A DNA stretch of 64,000 nt. Origin: Eledone cirrhosa. Lineage: Eukaryota. Below, piece after piece: positions 41,582 through 55,349 of the stretch (positions are counted from its first letter, which is position 1; each line of letters begins with the position of its first letter). Location of the stretch: contig OZ024750.1 of assembly GCA_964016885.1 (NCBI GenBank), positions 20,398,001 to 20,462,000 of the forward strand, given 5' to 3'. The position numbers and the translations under genes are program-made. The notes under the pieces were generated by a model. It did not search any database and was not told the origin of the DNA. It saw only the letters and a program-made list of their open reading frames with translations.

Positions 41582-41953
41582 TCATCTATATTAAAACTGT
41601 TATACTCTGCTATGTATTGAGTACCTTACTTACTGTGGTTACCTCCAATTCAACCCGGAATAACGTATATATATATATATATATAGTAATATTAAATTAT
41701 TTTAATAAATATTTATATATATACGGTTTAAATTACCATATATATGTATTTACAGTCATACACAAACACACGTATGTATGTATGTGTGTGTGTGTGTGTG
41801 AGTGTCTGTTTGTGTCTTTGAGTGTGTGTACGTGTGTTTGTGTGTTTCTGGAAATACATATATATGCTAATTTAAACCAAACATGTATGTATATATTTAA
41901 CTAATAGCACATAACTTTCTCGCGCTTTCTCTCTCTCCCTATCTCTCTCTCCC

Positions 41954-41988
<35 letters not shown>

Positions 41989-42024
41989 CTCTTTCTAACT
42001 CTCTCTCCCTCTCTCTCTCTCTCG

Positions 42025-42058
<34 letters not shown>

Positions 42059-42373
42059 CTCTCTCTCTCTTTCTTCTTTATTTCACTTGTAGCTCACTGT
42101 TTACACCTCATTCTCACTTGCAATCGATATGCTCTCAAAAAATAAATAACTATATTCACTTAATGCAAAATAAAAAAAATTGATATTAATTATATTTAGC
42201 GATACATCACGTTACAAAGATGGATGAGGGATTCTTTAGAATTGGAAATAATCCATAACACTTTTGTGAGATATTCCGGAGTTTATACGACAGTTTGATA
42301 GGAAGGCAATTGATATTTATTGACGTGATAGTAACAGTGAATCATGTCAACCTAATATAAGACTTATCAATAG

Positions 42374-42436
<63 letters not shown>

Positions 42437-42578
42437 GTATGTAAGTATGTATGTATGTATGTATGTATATACATGAAAGGTGTGAAATAAATGAAAGGAA
42501 AATAATCGCATTTAAAAGTGAGAGGAATAAATGTATGTAATCAAATTTTAATTCATGTAAATCAGCGTGTGTATGTAT

Positions 42579-42611
<33 letters not shown>

Positions 42612-43258
42612 AATATATAATATGTGTGTGTGTGCGCCCGTGCGTGTGTGTGTGCGTGAATGTGTGTGTATGTGTGTGTAAATGTGTTTATGCATATGAA
42701 TGTGAGTATATATACAAACACTAATACAGAAAGATGAAATATCAGTACGAGAAATATTTATACAAAAAATTATTTTCATACAGATACAGAACGCGATACG
42801 TGGTAAGTGATCAGTTGTATTTCAGGAGTCTAATAATTTACAATTATGTTTACAGAACGACACCTTTGCATTATTCTGTTCGCTTATTATTGAACAGTTT
42901 GCATAAATGTTAAGTTTCCATTTGTTGAATATTAAGACTTTTGAATATAGCGTAAAACGGAAACATTACCATGAATATTCCCTAATTAATAGATTAGGAT
43001 ACAAATAAATTCTTGTGTAAATAATTCGTGTGGGAATATTCACGGATCTCTTGTCTAAATTGAAAGAAATCAACAATTACTTTTCGAAAAGCAGAGTAAA
43101 TACCATTAGTTATCTAAATATCGGATTATAATATTCGAAACGATGAAACCATGTGTGTTATGAAGGCTGTGTATCCATTTATGTAGGTGTGTGTTTTCAA
43201 CATATAACAACATGTAGTTAGAAGGGTTTGGCTACTCCTCCCACCACCAAACACACAG

Positions 43259-43320
<62 letters not shown>

Positions 43321-43371
43321 ATATGTGGGGGGGGGGGGGGGAGTGCGTGCACGTGTGAGTGTGTATATATG

Positions 43372-43417
<46 letters not shown>

Positions 43418-44119
43418 AACTATATTCATGTATGTGATATCGCAGTATGCCTTTCGTTATTATTTTTTAAAAGAACACATTTTGCTATTTCTGACGTTTA
43501 GGAGTTGCATAATATCTCTACTGCTGGTTTATGATAGCATTTACAATGCTTTTTTCTACTGCCATCGCCTATTTCCAGTTCTCCTGTCTGTATACACCCT
43601 TTTCTTCCTTGTGCTATCTTTTCTACTGTATTAGGCACCATTAAATGTTCTCTGATTTGAATCTTTTAGAGCATACATTCGAAAAAATATTATTTCCGTT
43701 GTTTTTAATTTGAATAACAATGATTTCTAAAAAACAATATTAACATGACGAATATTTTCTAAACGCATTGCTAGTCTTTCAAATTTCTTAAAATTAATAT
43801 TGAAATAGTTGCGAATACAAAATATAACTTGAAGACTACATGGAAGCCATATAGTCTCTTGGACACACGAAGACACTAAATACAAACAGCATAAACGATC
43901 AAACGACTACACATAGAAATATGAAACCGTTGAACGTTGGAAAAATGTTTAATGAAATACAGAAAAGCAGGAACCAACACATGAATAGATTACTGGGAGT
44001 AACAGTATTTTAGCCAAAATGCTTATGGAACGGCACAGCCTTTTACAGCACAAGCATATCATGCTTGCTGAAAGCTTACCAATGCCCACGCCAGAATGAT
44101 ATCTCACGAAGTAAATAAC

Positions 44120-44430
44120 TGTGTGGCACGTTGGTCGGTTACAGGGACGCGTGTTCTAGCAGATGCGATCAATGAAAATGGCAGCTCATGAAATTAATAT
44201 GCGAGAGGAGAGCCTTCCAATGACACGTGTGTCATTAACGTAATGCTGAGAGAGATTCAGTTTGATACTGGGTGCTACAAAGCTGCCATTTTGAACTACG
44301 AAAAAACTGATTTCTTTCAACTGAGGGGACTTTAGCAATCTAAAATAAAGCCTTTTTCTTAAGGACACCGACGCAGTGAAGAAACAAACTCTCAATCTTA
44401 TGATGTGCTGAAATAACTGAAACACTCAAT
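44120..44430 (-). mobile_element. decayed SINE family B
   Basis: GGCACGTTGGTCGGTTAC..GCTCATGAAATTAA..TTAACGTAATGCTGAGAGAGATTCAG matches the 38444-38740 architecture. Confidence 0.65.
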
Positions 44431-46244
44431 CAGGCACTTTCGATATATAACTATCTGAAACAAAAGAAAAAAAAAATTCCAGTAGTCTTATTTGTATATT
44501 TCGCTGTAGTATATATTATTATGTGATTTCTCTTGTATTGAGATACCTTATATTAAATGTGTACATTCTCTCGAATCACGTCGAGGCATTGTGTCCTTGA
44601 ACAAAGTATGTTAATCAACGCTGTGTCAAAATTAAACACCAGTCCGATTTCCCGTTCTTTTACTTTCATGAATTAAAATCACACAGTGATATATCAATGC
44701 TGTAGTATTAATCATTTGCTTGAGTTAACATTATCATATAGGATTTGTAAGCATTTCGTTATGTTTCAATTGATCGCAGTAGGAATCCGGTTTGACTATA
44801 CATTCCTCCTTTCCACTAGTCTCAGAAGCCCTGAAAAGTGTTACAGGCACTGCATTCAATTTCTTGATTAAACAGTAGAAACATAAGTTCTCAATATTGC
44901 AACGAAAGCGTGCAACAGAAATAGATTACCGGAAAAGCTTATGACTTAGAAAATTAATACTTACAACAAAACTACTTTTAGCAATATTTGAAAATAGAAA
45001 CTGTATAATATAGAATATACAATTGGAAAAGTTTGAATATTATTAAATATTCGTTAAGAAGCAGATGAAAATGATATGCAAATTATTATAATCTTCCAAA
45101 TATATATGGATTTTATGCGATTTAAAATTCATATTTAGAATTTATGTTAAAACAAAAGCTGTTATAAATAATTGAGTGCTATAATAAACACATCGGTTGG
45201 ATGTTTGTTCATTTGCATTTCTGTCCACCAAGATCAGGTATTGCACCAAGGAGAGCGAGCGAGAACAGCTTCAAGTGTCACACCATCCCTACAATACCAT
45301 GTCTTGTAATCACCGAGCGGCTGTAACATATATATATATATATATATATAAGTAGTGACACGACAGTTAGTTCATCATAGCGAGATCAAATATTTCACCG
45401 CATGCGGATCTTCAGCTTGGAATGTGTCTTTTTACGTACATCCAGCAAAAAGGAAAATGAATTATAATATTATCGAAGTGGTTATGATGCATAGCCCTCC
45501 TTATTATCCGTATCATACAGACAACTCAAGGTTTGATATAACTGTTAATGTCTACGTAATGTCTACTCATTGGATACCCATAAACTATGACAATACCCAT
45601 GACGTACGGCACACTATTGCTGCTTCAAACACTTTTGCTAGCCTCATATTACCCCCTTTTTCTCAGGTTACCGCCCACCATATAAATCAGAAAAAAACGA
45701 GACATTACACTAATATGGGAGGCATTTCAGCACTCGATGCAATTGTCCTGGTGATGCATTTATCTCATAAACTAACTATATTTAATTATGGTTATCATTT
45801 TGTGACGTTTTATTGTGAAGGGATATTTTATGACTAAATTTCATCAAATTTAACTCCATTAAATACATTAACGCGTTGATTTTACTCCTATTTTAATTTG
45901 CATTAATGGAGCTATATTATACAGCGCTGTATCAATTTTTCTTTTTTTCTTTTTGAAATTCCCAGCAATGAAATAGCTTGCATGGGATACAATTATAAGG
46001 ATTATAAAATGGTCGGGGATAAAATATGGTTGGAACTATAGTTGCGCAATCAAACAATTATGTGAATTCAAAGGAGTTATGAGTTATCTAGAGACCTCAC
46101 CATGTTTACTAAATCGAACACTTTAGGTTGAGCCAGCCCGGGAGCTCCATGCGCAAAAGAGGCTAATCAGTATATATTTTCGCCTGCATTGAATCACAAC
46201 AGAGAGCGGGATTTGTGATGATCTGAGTTGAATAAATGTACTCG

Positions 46245-46274
<30 letters not shown>

Positions 46275-46281
<7 letters not shown>

Positions 46282-46550
46282 ATGCTTTGGGAGGGTCATG
46301 TTGCCAATAAGAAACACACGCACCAGTTGATTTCTCTTCAATTTATTATAAATTAAATTTATAAATATAGGAATTTATTAATTTCCGGTTGGTTGGTTCC
46401 ACAACCAGTCGATTGTTCATAAATTGAAGTGAAAGCAACAGGTGCATGTGTTTCTTATTGCAACATGACCCTCCCAAAGCATAACAATATCGGTTTCAAC
46501 ACACGTTTTCAGATAAAGAATCTTGCTAAACAAATTCAGAAACGAAATAT
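46275..46550. mobile_element. PLE family P1 3' ends in inverted (-/+) arrangement
   Basis: TTGGGAGGGTCATGTTGCCAATAAGAAACAC and its reverse complement about 150 bp later; (TA)n on both sides. Confidence 0.85.
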
Positions 46551-46660
46551 ATATATATATATATACATATATAAGAATATGAGGGTTTTTTTAAATAAAA
46601 ATACAACAAAGAAAAATTAAAAAACGAGATACACGGGTGAAAGTTTGAGGAAAAGTAAAA

Positions 46661-46872
46661 GAAAATGCAACTGGAGTCTTTTTAAGAATATTTATTTATT
46701 TCCTTTACCGGTTTCAACATTTCTTATGCTTTTCAAAAGTAAAATTGAGATGGAGGGATGCGACGCAAACCACTAAACCTCCATCGCAATTTTAGTTTTG
46801 AAAAGCATAGGAACTGTGAAACCGGTAAAGGAAATAAATAACTATTCTTAAAAAGTCTCCAGTTGTATTTTC
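46661..46872. repeat. about 95-bp inverted repeat, each arm with a U3-A8 hammerhead-like motif (family F)
   Basis: Arms 46661-46756 and 46778-46872; plus motif 46791-46834 UUGAAAA GCA..UGU GAAA CCGG UA AAGGAAA. Confidence 0.75.
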
Positions 46873-47535
46873 GATTTGTTTTCCATATATATATATGTAT
46901 ATATATTGAGGGAGAGATGAAGAGATAGAGAGAGAAAAGGAAAAGAATGGAGATAATGTATATGCGTGGATATGTGCATTTGTGTGCGTGTGTCTGTGAT
47001 GGATGCATATGAACATGGAGATAGTCAACAATGGGGAGACTCATGGGGTCCTCCTAGGAAGACATTGTCACAGGTTCGATTTTTCATATCAACGTCATTA
47101 GTACAACGTTGGAAAATACGGATGTCTAATACACACACAAGCACACATATACACGCACACTCAAAACAAAACAAAAAATGAAACACACACAGACACACAG
47201 ACACACACAAACAACATCGAATGTTGCATGTCTTAATGATATCCTGTAGAGTGTTTCAAGCAGGGATTAATTAATCTGATACATGCAGAGATCTTGTGTA
47301 TGTTCTTGAAATAAATCAAAATGGCATAAAAAGGAAGAAATGAAATATTAATGACATAGTCTACTCAAAGCTGTCATAATCCATTTCACAGATGTTTCAT
47401 ATCTATTTTATAATTGATATTATAAGTTATTTATCTATTGATTAATCGATCGATTGACCTCTCTTTCTTTCTCACTCAGTTTCCCTATATTTTACGTTAA
47501 ATACACACACACACATACACAATATATATATATAT

Positions 47536-47612
<77 letters not shown>

Positions 47613-48109
47613 ACGTACACATGTATATATACACACATATATATATACACATATATATATATACATATAAATATATATATAAACAGACACATATACATAT
47701 ACATATATACATACATATGTGTGTGTGTTTGTGTCTGTGTGTATATGTATTTGAGTATACGCTTACATATAGAGGAGTGAAAAGATCTCAGATAATATCC
47801 AAATACATTATACATATTACATCAAGTTTGTCTTATCAGTAGAAATGGCCAACACCATGTTGATAGTCAGTGCCGCCAATATATAATTGTTAGCATAATT
47901 TCCTGCTAATATTTCAATATATCTCTTATCTATTATTTGTGTGAAAACTGATTGCTATGTATCTCGGAAATATTCATACACTTCTCATATGTATACGCAC
48001 ACAGACACGCATGAATAAACAGGCAGATACACATACATATATACACACACACACATACACAAAGACACACTCACGCACACAGAAAATATATATATATATA
48101 TATATATAC

Positions 48110-48209
<100 letters not shown>

Positions 48210-48242
48210 GTATATATATATATATATATATATATATACTTG

Positions 48243-48338
<96 letters not shown>

Positions 48339-48362
48339 CATACATATAATACATATAGATAC

Positions 48363-48418
<56 letters not shown>

Positions 48419-50057
48419 GAAAATACTGATCGAGATGAAGCGATGTGTATTTGAATACACAGCTAAAACAGCTAAATGCTACAGAGACAAGGAAGGATGG
48501 TCAAAAGTGCCTCAAAGGACAGAGCCAAGCGGCAAGTGGTCAACAGAGACAATTCAGAAGGTGGTTGACTTGCAGATAAAATATAGAAAAGATTGAAAGA
48601 GGAGGTGTATAAGGGGATGGGTATTCTTCGCCCGCTTATCTCGGGGTTTGGCATGTGAACGTAGACCTCAGACACGCCTTGCAGTGGGTCTTATTATAGG
48701 AATCTAACACCGTGGGACCTGAATTAATACTTTGTCGAGAACAACGGTGCTAATGTGTGTTATATAACTATATAGCTTCTTGTCTACATCTGTGTCTCCT
48801 GTTGGTAAGTTTCGTCCCTAAGATCTGATCAGCGGTATTTTCTTTAGAAATCGCATTCACATGTCCCTTGAGACCTTGAAATATAAATTATTTTGTTCGT
48901 TAATTTCACACGCCTGTTGTTTTATTAATCGAAAAACTGGAACTACTGTCCCCAGAAACGACCGAGGTCCAAAATCCCGATAGTAGGCTGAGTGTACCAA
49001 CTTACGATAATGATAACGATGTATATAATTATCTGTGTAGGTCCATGTTATTTATTTATTTGTTACGAAATATATGTAGATCGTTTAATGCGTGTATAAA
49101 TTAACATACATTGTGTGTATTAACGTTACTGGTGACAAATTCGCATTATTTTCAAAATATTCCTGAGCTTAGGTGTTTTTCTACGTCAGAATATTGTTTG
49201 TTGTAAATAGAATTAGATTTGGCCTTAATCAATAAACACATTTGAAGTAGATACCTGAGTTAATCAACGAATGCTGATGTACAGGTTTAATTTATCAGCT
49301 CTTGATAAGGTAAACAGAGTGCAACATAAGTGTGTGAGCGTGTAATTCATGATTACGTTGAATATGCATTGTGATACGTAAGCATAAGTATAGAGGAGAT
49401 AACTATCTGGTGACGTTATTGCTGAAGAGTAAATACGTTTATTCACTGTGATACAAACCTCTGCAAACACATTCATTCTTAAGAGTTTATATATATATAT
49501 AATATAATGTATAGCTCCTTTATTGTAGAGCTTATCCTTAATCCTGCATAAGCGGCTGTTATTTCTAGCACCGTGAATGCGGGACAGCTAGTTTTGGCCT
49601 GCCTACACACGTGTAGTCAGACCTGCAAAATTTTTGATGTGAGATATACTAATTTTACTGGATTCCTGTTGATAAGCACAGAAGATTTGGATATTTCACT
49701 CTTTTATTTCTATTCCATTTCGATTCTCTTTATTTTTCAATTCACATTCCACCGTTGCGAAACTTATTTAGGTTTCGAGGTTCAAATTCGTCTAAAGAAC
49801 AGGTTTCAATTTTGAAATTTAAATATGTCCAGGAATCATGGCCGTTGCCAATATAAGCTTGTCTTTATTGACTTATATCGAGACAGACAAATTGTATTCA
49901 CTTTAATTAGTTTATTTCATTAATAGCTAACTTTGTCTGTTGCAATATAAACACATTTCGTGTTTATCCTATATTTTAAATGTATTTAACTGCTCGGAAG
50001 AGCCCCTTCCTGGAGCTTAATTATTGTAAACGACTGAGAGTTTATTCTCAAAATATA

Positions 50058-50197
<140 letters not shown>

Positions 50198-50429
50198 TTG
50201 CTCAACGACAAATGAATGAGCATCACCCAGAATTAATGAATATTCTGAAACTCGAATGTTTACCATACTCTAGCTACTGGGCTAACTATGATATCGTTAC
50301 TGCATCACGCATACTAAAAGATACTTATATTTACTTATATTTATTTATATCTCAATAAATAACTTTATGGTGAATCATGCTATCATCGTCTGAAGGCATA
50401 TGTACATACATACATACGTACATACATAT

Positions 50430-50475
<46 letters not shown>

Positions 50476-50799
50476 ATGTGTGTGTGTGCGTATATATATG
50501 TTTGTGTGTGTAGTGTGTGTGTTGTGTGACTGTGTGTGTAGTACAGGCACGACTATGTATGTATATATAATACGAATACGTGGGGGCATATTTGGTGATA
50601 TTTACTTTTGTGTCTGCGTTTAGGTCGCAAATCTTAGCAGTTGAACAAAAACACAGGTCGATAAAACAAGGAATTTAAACAATATAGTAGACTGAATGCG
50701 TGTCCACGCACCATAACAATCATGTGATGGAAACTTGTATAAAAGCTCATTTTGCGAATGAATTCCACACACCTAACGATATAGCAACGTCTATATATA

Positions 50800-50849
<50 letters not shown>

Positions 50850-50974
50850 TGTAGGAGGTGAGTTTTATTGTAGTACAATAAAGCAATGCAGATATCGGAT
50901 AAGAAGCACTCTACAGTTTGTAGGACTGGAGTATGCATAATATAAGATCAAAAGATGGTTAAAGGAGTTCCATG

Positions 50975-51045
50975 TATTTTATTATGCGCATTTCAAAAAC
51001 AAACATCATCATGCAATAATATTTGTGTTTTCATCAGATAAAACA
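50975..51045 (-). ncRNA. type I hammerhead ribozyme motif, family H
   Basis: Reverse complement of 51150-51220. Confidence 0.75.
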
Positions 51046-51149
51046 GGAGAACATGATATGAAGGCTAAAAAACACTTGCACTAAAACAACTGCACTATCC
51101 ACAAGTGCACTATCCACAAGTGTTTTTTAGCCTTCATATCATGTTCTCC

Positions 51150-51220
51150 TGTTTTATCTGATGAAAACACAAATATTATTGCATGATGATGTTTGTTTTT
51201 GAAATGCGCATAATAAAATA
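51150..51220 (+). ncRNA. type I hammerhead ribozyme motif, family H
   Basis: UGUUUUAU CUGAUGA [long stem II AAACACAAAUAUUA..UGAUGUUUGUUUUU] GAAA UGCGCA UA AUAAAAUA; palindromic stem III. Confidence 0.78.
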
Positions 51221-51250
51221 CATGGAACTCCTTTAACCATATTTTGATCT

Positions 51251-51365
<115 letters not shown>

Positions 51366-51409
51366 CATATATATATAGGCATGTATGTATGTGTGTATGT
51401 CTGTGTATG

Positions 51410-51556
<147 letters not shown>

Positions 51557-52176
51557 ATAGATAGTTATAATACATAAGAAAACTAAGTGGGTAGAGAAAT
51601 ATACGTGAATGATAAAGTTATGGCCATGCTTAATATTCCCTTTGATAGTCTTTGAATCAAATAGAGATAATTATTGTAGAAAGGGGATCATAATAAGAAC
51701 GGAAATGAGATTTTCATCTAAAGCAATAAAAAACTGAACTGATAATATCCGGTTTCAATGAGTGAATTAAGGTTATATTTCCTGCAAACAACATATATTT
51801 GAAACTACGGAAAGATGAAGAGACGATTAGAATTATGTTTTGGTAAAATAAAAAGAGAATAAAATATATACTAATTGTTTGAAAGATAAGACTTAAGAAT
51901 TATGACAGATTAACATACAATGTCAATTCCGTGTAGGATTTATTGACCTGATAACAGAAAATAATACAAAAATAAATCGTTTTTCAAGTAAGAAATAAAG
52001 AGTTTTTCTAAAAAATAAATAGAATATTCTACACAAAAATCTATATATATTCTCACACTAAAATTATATTAAAACTTAGTCAAAAATGTGTATACATTTT
52101 TATAACAAAATATATATAATATATATAGAAATGTTTATACAAATACGCAAACACACAAGCACACACTCACACAAAC

Positions 52177-52213
<37 letters not shown>

Positions 52214-52890
52214 CGTGTGTGTGCGTGTGTGTGAGAGAGTGACTATACATATCTATACAGACGAAAATATACTGGAGTTTATTAATGCCTCGAAGTAGTA
52301 CCTGAAAGAGACGATCGAAATAGAACAAAGTAACTTAAGTTGATAGAAGCCTTCAAGTATAGGGGTGTCGAATGCAAATAAGGTCGACAATCTCGAGTTC
52401 ACAGTTCTCTCTCTTAATGAGAGCTATGGTGTCTGTATAGCAGACAACTAGATGAATATTGCTGTAGGGTGGTGATATATGAAATCAGCAGTATATAACT
52501 TGAACATAAGCAGGGGTAGGATCAGCCTCGGTTGTGTTATACAAAATACCCGGATGAAACAGAGAGGGAATATCGATGGTTATTGCTGTGAAGGGGTCAT
52601 CACTCGGTTCATAATTATTTATATCATTTGAACACATGCTTTTTCTTCATCAACCACAGTCGGATTTCCTAGCTGAGGGCATACATTCTAAAACCTGAAA
52701 CACCAAATGTGTTCAGGAGGCAAACCTCATGGTGTAAAACTTATCTGTCCCATTATATTTGGCTGGCGGTGCGGGAATGCAAGTGTCTTGCTCAAGGTCT
52801 CAGCAGAACATCATGATTTGAACGCAAGCCTTAAGATAGTAGGCTGAGATCCCTAAGTTACAGGCATTCATTATGTATTAAGATTAATAA

Positions 52891-53078
52891 ATGGATTGGC
52901 AGTATATCGTAGAGAGTTGGACGCCATGCTTTGACGCATAGAGGTACGGCCCTTTCCATTCTGATTTCAAATCATACCCAGGTTAACTTTGCCTTTCATC
53001 CTTATGGGGTCGATGAAATAAAGTACCAGTAATGCCCTGGGTGATTGCTGGCTTTGTGCCAAAGATAGAAACAATATT
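52891..53078 (+). mobile_element. SINE family A
   Basis: Matches 4612-4800; probable short TSD ATTAATAAA. Confidence 0.88.
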
Positions 53079-54038
53079 AATAAATTAAGTCTTTACCAAA
53101 TTAATATAATTGTTACACGGAGTTGAACATAAAATTGAGTAAACTTATACTGGAAATTCTTCGATTTAATAAGCCAGGCTACAAACTTATTGACATAATA
53201 AGTTAACACTAGTTTGCATCTTGGAGAAGACTATTCCTATTTATTATTCTGTTGCATATTTGGGCTTGACATTGATAGTGTTTTCGTCTCCTTTAAATCA
53301 GATTTCCGTCAAGATATTATAACTGTTGATCATAATATCGTATATTTCTTTGGTGGAATATATTTCATATTCTCTAGCTAGATATGGCATCTAATGCACG
53401 TAAACGTTAAACATATAATGCACATTTGCTGAGGAATATGTTATGCTAGAGAGCGACACCTATTTGGTAGAGAAAAGTCGACTTTGAAAGTTTGACAAAA
53501 ATTGTTTCATAACCATGTATGAAATTAAAAATAGCATGGTCAAATGATGTAATTCTATGTGCGTTCGATCCTACTGCGTGTGACCTTAGGTAAATTTCTT
53601 TTACCATAGCTTCAGGACATCTATGCCAAGAAAGTAAAATTGAGTAGCCAGGATTCATTTCAAACCCCTTCAAATAGTTCTCCGTTTTCACACATAGACT
53701 TACGCTAAATATCACTGAAAAATAATTTAATGATCACTTGTATAATTGCTTGAACAACCTGTTATGTTGATAGACCCAAACATCGGTGAAAGCGACGGAG
53801 AACCATTCCATTCCAAAGAGTAATATAAATCGGAGGTCAAAGTAGTATTGCGGTGAGAGAAGACCTTTTCGATATGCAAGCATAACATGCGAAATAATAA
53901 ATTTCGCGAATTTGTTAAAGACAATGGAGATTAATTAGATTCAATTAACAATTACATATTAGATATTCATAAGAATATCGCTAAATGTTATCTCTTTTAA
54001 AACGAACACACACATTCATACAAACACACACACAACTA

Positions 54039-54112
<74 letters not shown>

Positions 54113-54118
<6 letters not shown>

Positions 54119-54625
54119 TAAAATAACAGATTAAAGTTTAAGCAAAGAATCGCTGCTTTCACCCTTAACGGGATCTTCTGAAACTAACAAAGTCAATCTG
54201 TAAACGCAGAACTGGATATTTCAAAAAACGTTGCAACCGCAGGAAGACAGGAAGACGATACTTTGGTTCGTGGTAGCGTTCGCTGGCAAAGAACGGGAAA
54301 AAAGGAATAATACGTCATTAATAGGAGCGGAGAAAAACAATTACGCGCAAAGACAAAACCACGTTTATGGTATAAAAGAGGTCGTAGACTAATGTTCTGT
54401 TAGGTGGTGTATAGAGACGTTCTCTGGCAATGAACGAAAAAACGAAGATAATAAGTCATATGTGGAGCGTGGAGAACAATAGCACGCAAAGACAAAACCA
54501 CGTAAATGGTATAGCAGAAATCGTAGACTAAAATCTAACTAGGAGACCAAATGAATCTCCGCTACAGGGTTAAGAACAAAGTAAATAAATACAATACAGA
54601 AGTAATAGAAACAAATAAATACATA
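54113..54625 (-). mobile_element. longest PLE family E pseudo-LTR, with internal ~140-bp duplication
   Basis: Extends 38110-38350; CGTT..CTGGCAA..GCAAAGACAAAACCACGT..TCGTAGACTAA occurs twice (about 54277 and 54418). Confidence 0.85.
54135..54185 (-). ncRNA. hammerhead-like motif, family E, intact copy (U4A core)
   Basis: AGUUU CAGAAGA U CCC-GUUAA-GGG U GAAA GCA-GCGAUUCUU-UGC UU AAACU; all three stems pair. Confidence 0.7.
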
Positions 54626-54630
54626 CATGT

Positions 54631-54809
54631 GATTCTATAGGACTAGAACTGTTTCATTCTTGAGAAATCATCAGGAATCCTGATGATTTCTAAAGAATGA
54701 AACAGTTCTAGTCCTGTAGAATCTCATCCTTATTAAAACTTTTATACTCTGCAATGTATTGAGTACCTTACTTACTGTGGTTACCTCCGACTCAACCCGG
54801 AATAACGTA

Positions 54810-54810
<1 letters not shown>
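54631..54810 (+). mobile_element. PLE family D palindromic fragment with two overlapping hammerhead motifs (54631-54723)
   Basis: ..GAAATCATCAG GAATC CTGATGATTTC..; the two motifs share the central 5 nt. Confidence 0.85.
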
Positions 54811-54861
<51 letters not shown>

Positions 54862-54863
54862 TA

Positions 54864-55012
54864 TAACAAAGGAAATGTGGTAAGGAACCAGATGGACCAC
54901 AACGCACCAGAATACTCAATACTTAGGGTAGTAGAGTGGGAAATAGAAAAAGTATGACCCCGACGGCAGAGCTCAGGCCGTTTCGACGGCTATTTCTGGA
55001 CTAGAAATAGCC
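54864..55012 (-). mobile_element. PLE family C terminal fragment
   Basis: Reverse complement of 61260-61400; ends in hairpin GGCTATTTCTGGACTAGAAATAGCC. Confidence 0.8.
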
Positions 55013-55066
55013 TATTGTTATATATAAATATACAAACACTCACACACACATATGTATGTATGTATG

Positions 55067-55132
<66 letters not shown>

Positions 55133-55139
<7 letters not shown>

Positions 55140-55213
55140 TTATATATTAATAGTCTTCATCTCTAATTACGACTCTCTTTAAGCCGATTGTAATATATAA
55201 ATACACAAACACT

Positions 55214-55274
<61 letters not shown>

Positions 55275-55349
55275 TTGTGTATTCATATATAACAATCGGC
55301 TTAAAGAGAGTCGTAATTAGAGATGAAGACTATTAATATATAAAGATAT
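55133..55349. repeat. palindrome centred on (CA)n(TA)n(TG)n
   Basis: ATCTTTATATATTAATAGTCTTCATCTCTAATTACGACTCTCTTTAAGCCGATTG and its reverse complement flank a TA tract. Confidence 0.92.

Larger units (their letters stand above)
41463..41670 (+). mobile_element. PLE family D palindromic terminal fragment
   Basis: About 66-bp inverted arms around AGCA (41529-41532), tail to CAACCCGGAATAACG(TA)n. Confidence 0.85.

Noticed and set aside
45355-45837. 160-aa non-repetitive ORF
   Set aside because: No recognisable motif, GTG start at a microsatellite edge, random-looking composition
48470-48720. GC-richer island, possible LINE 3' end
   Set aside because: No convincing motif in any frame by eye
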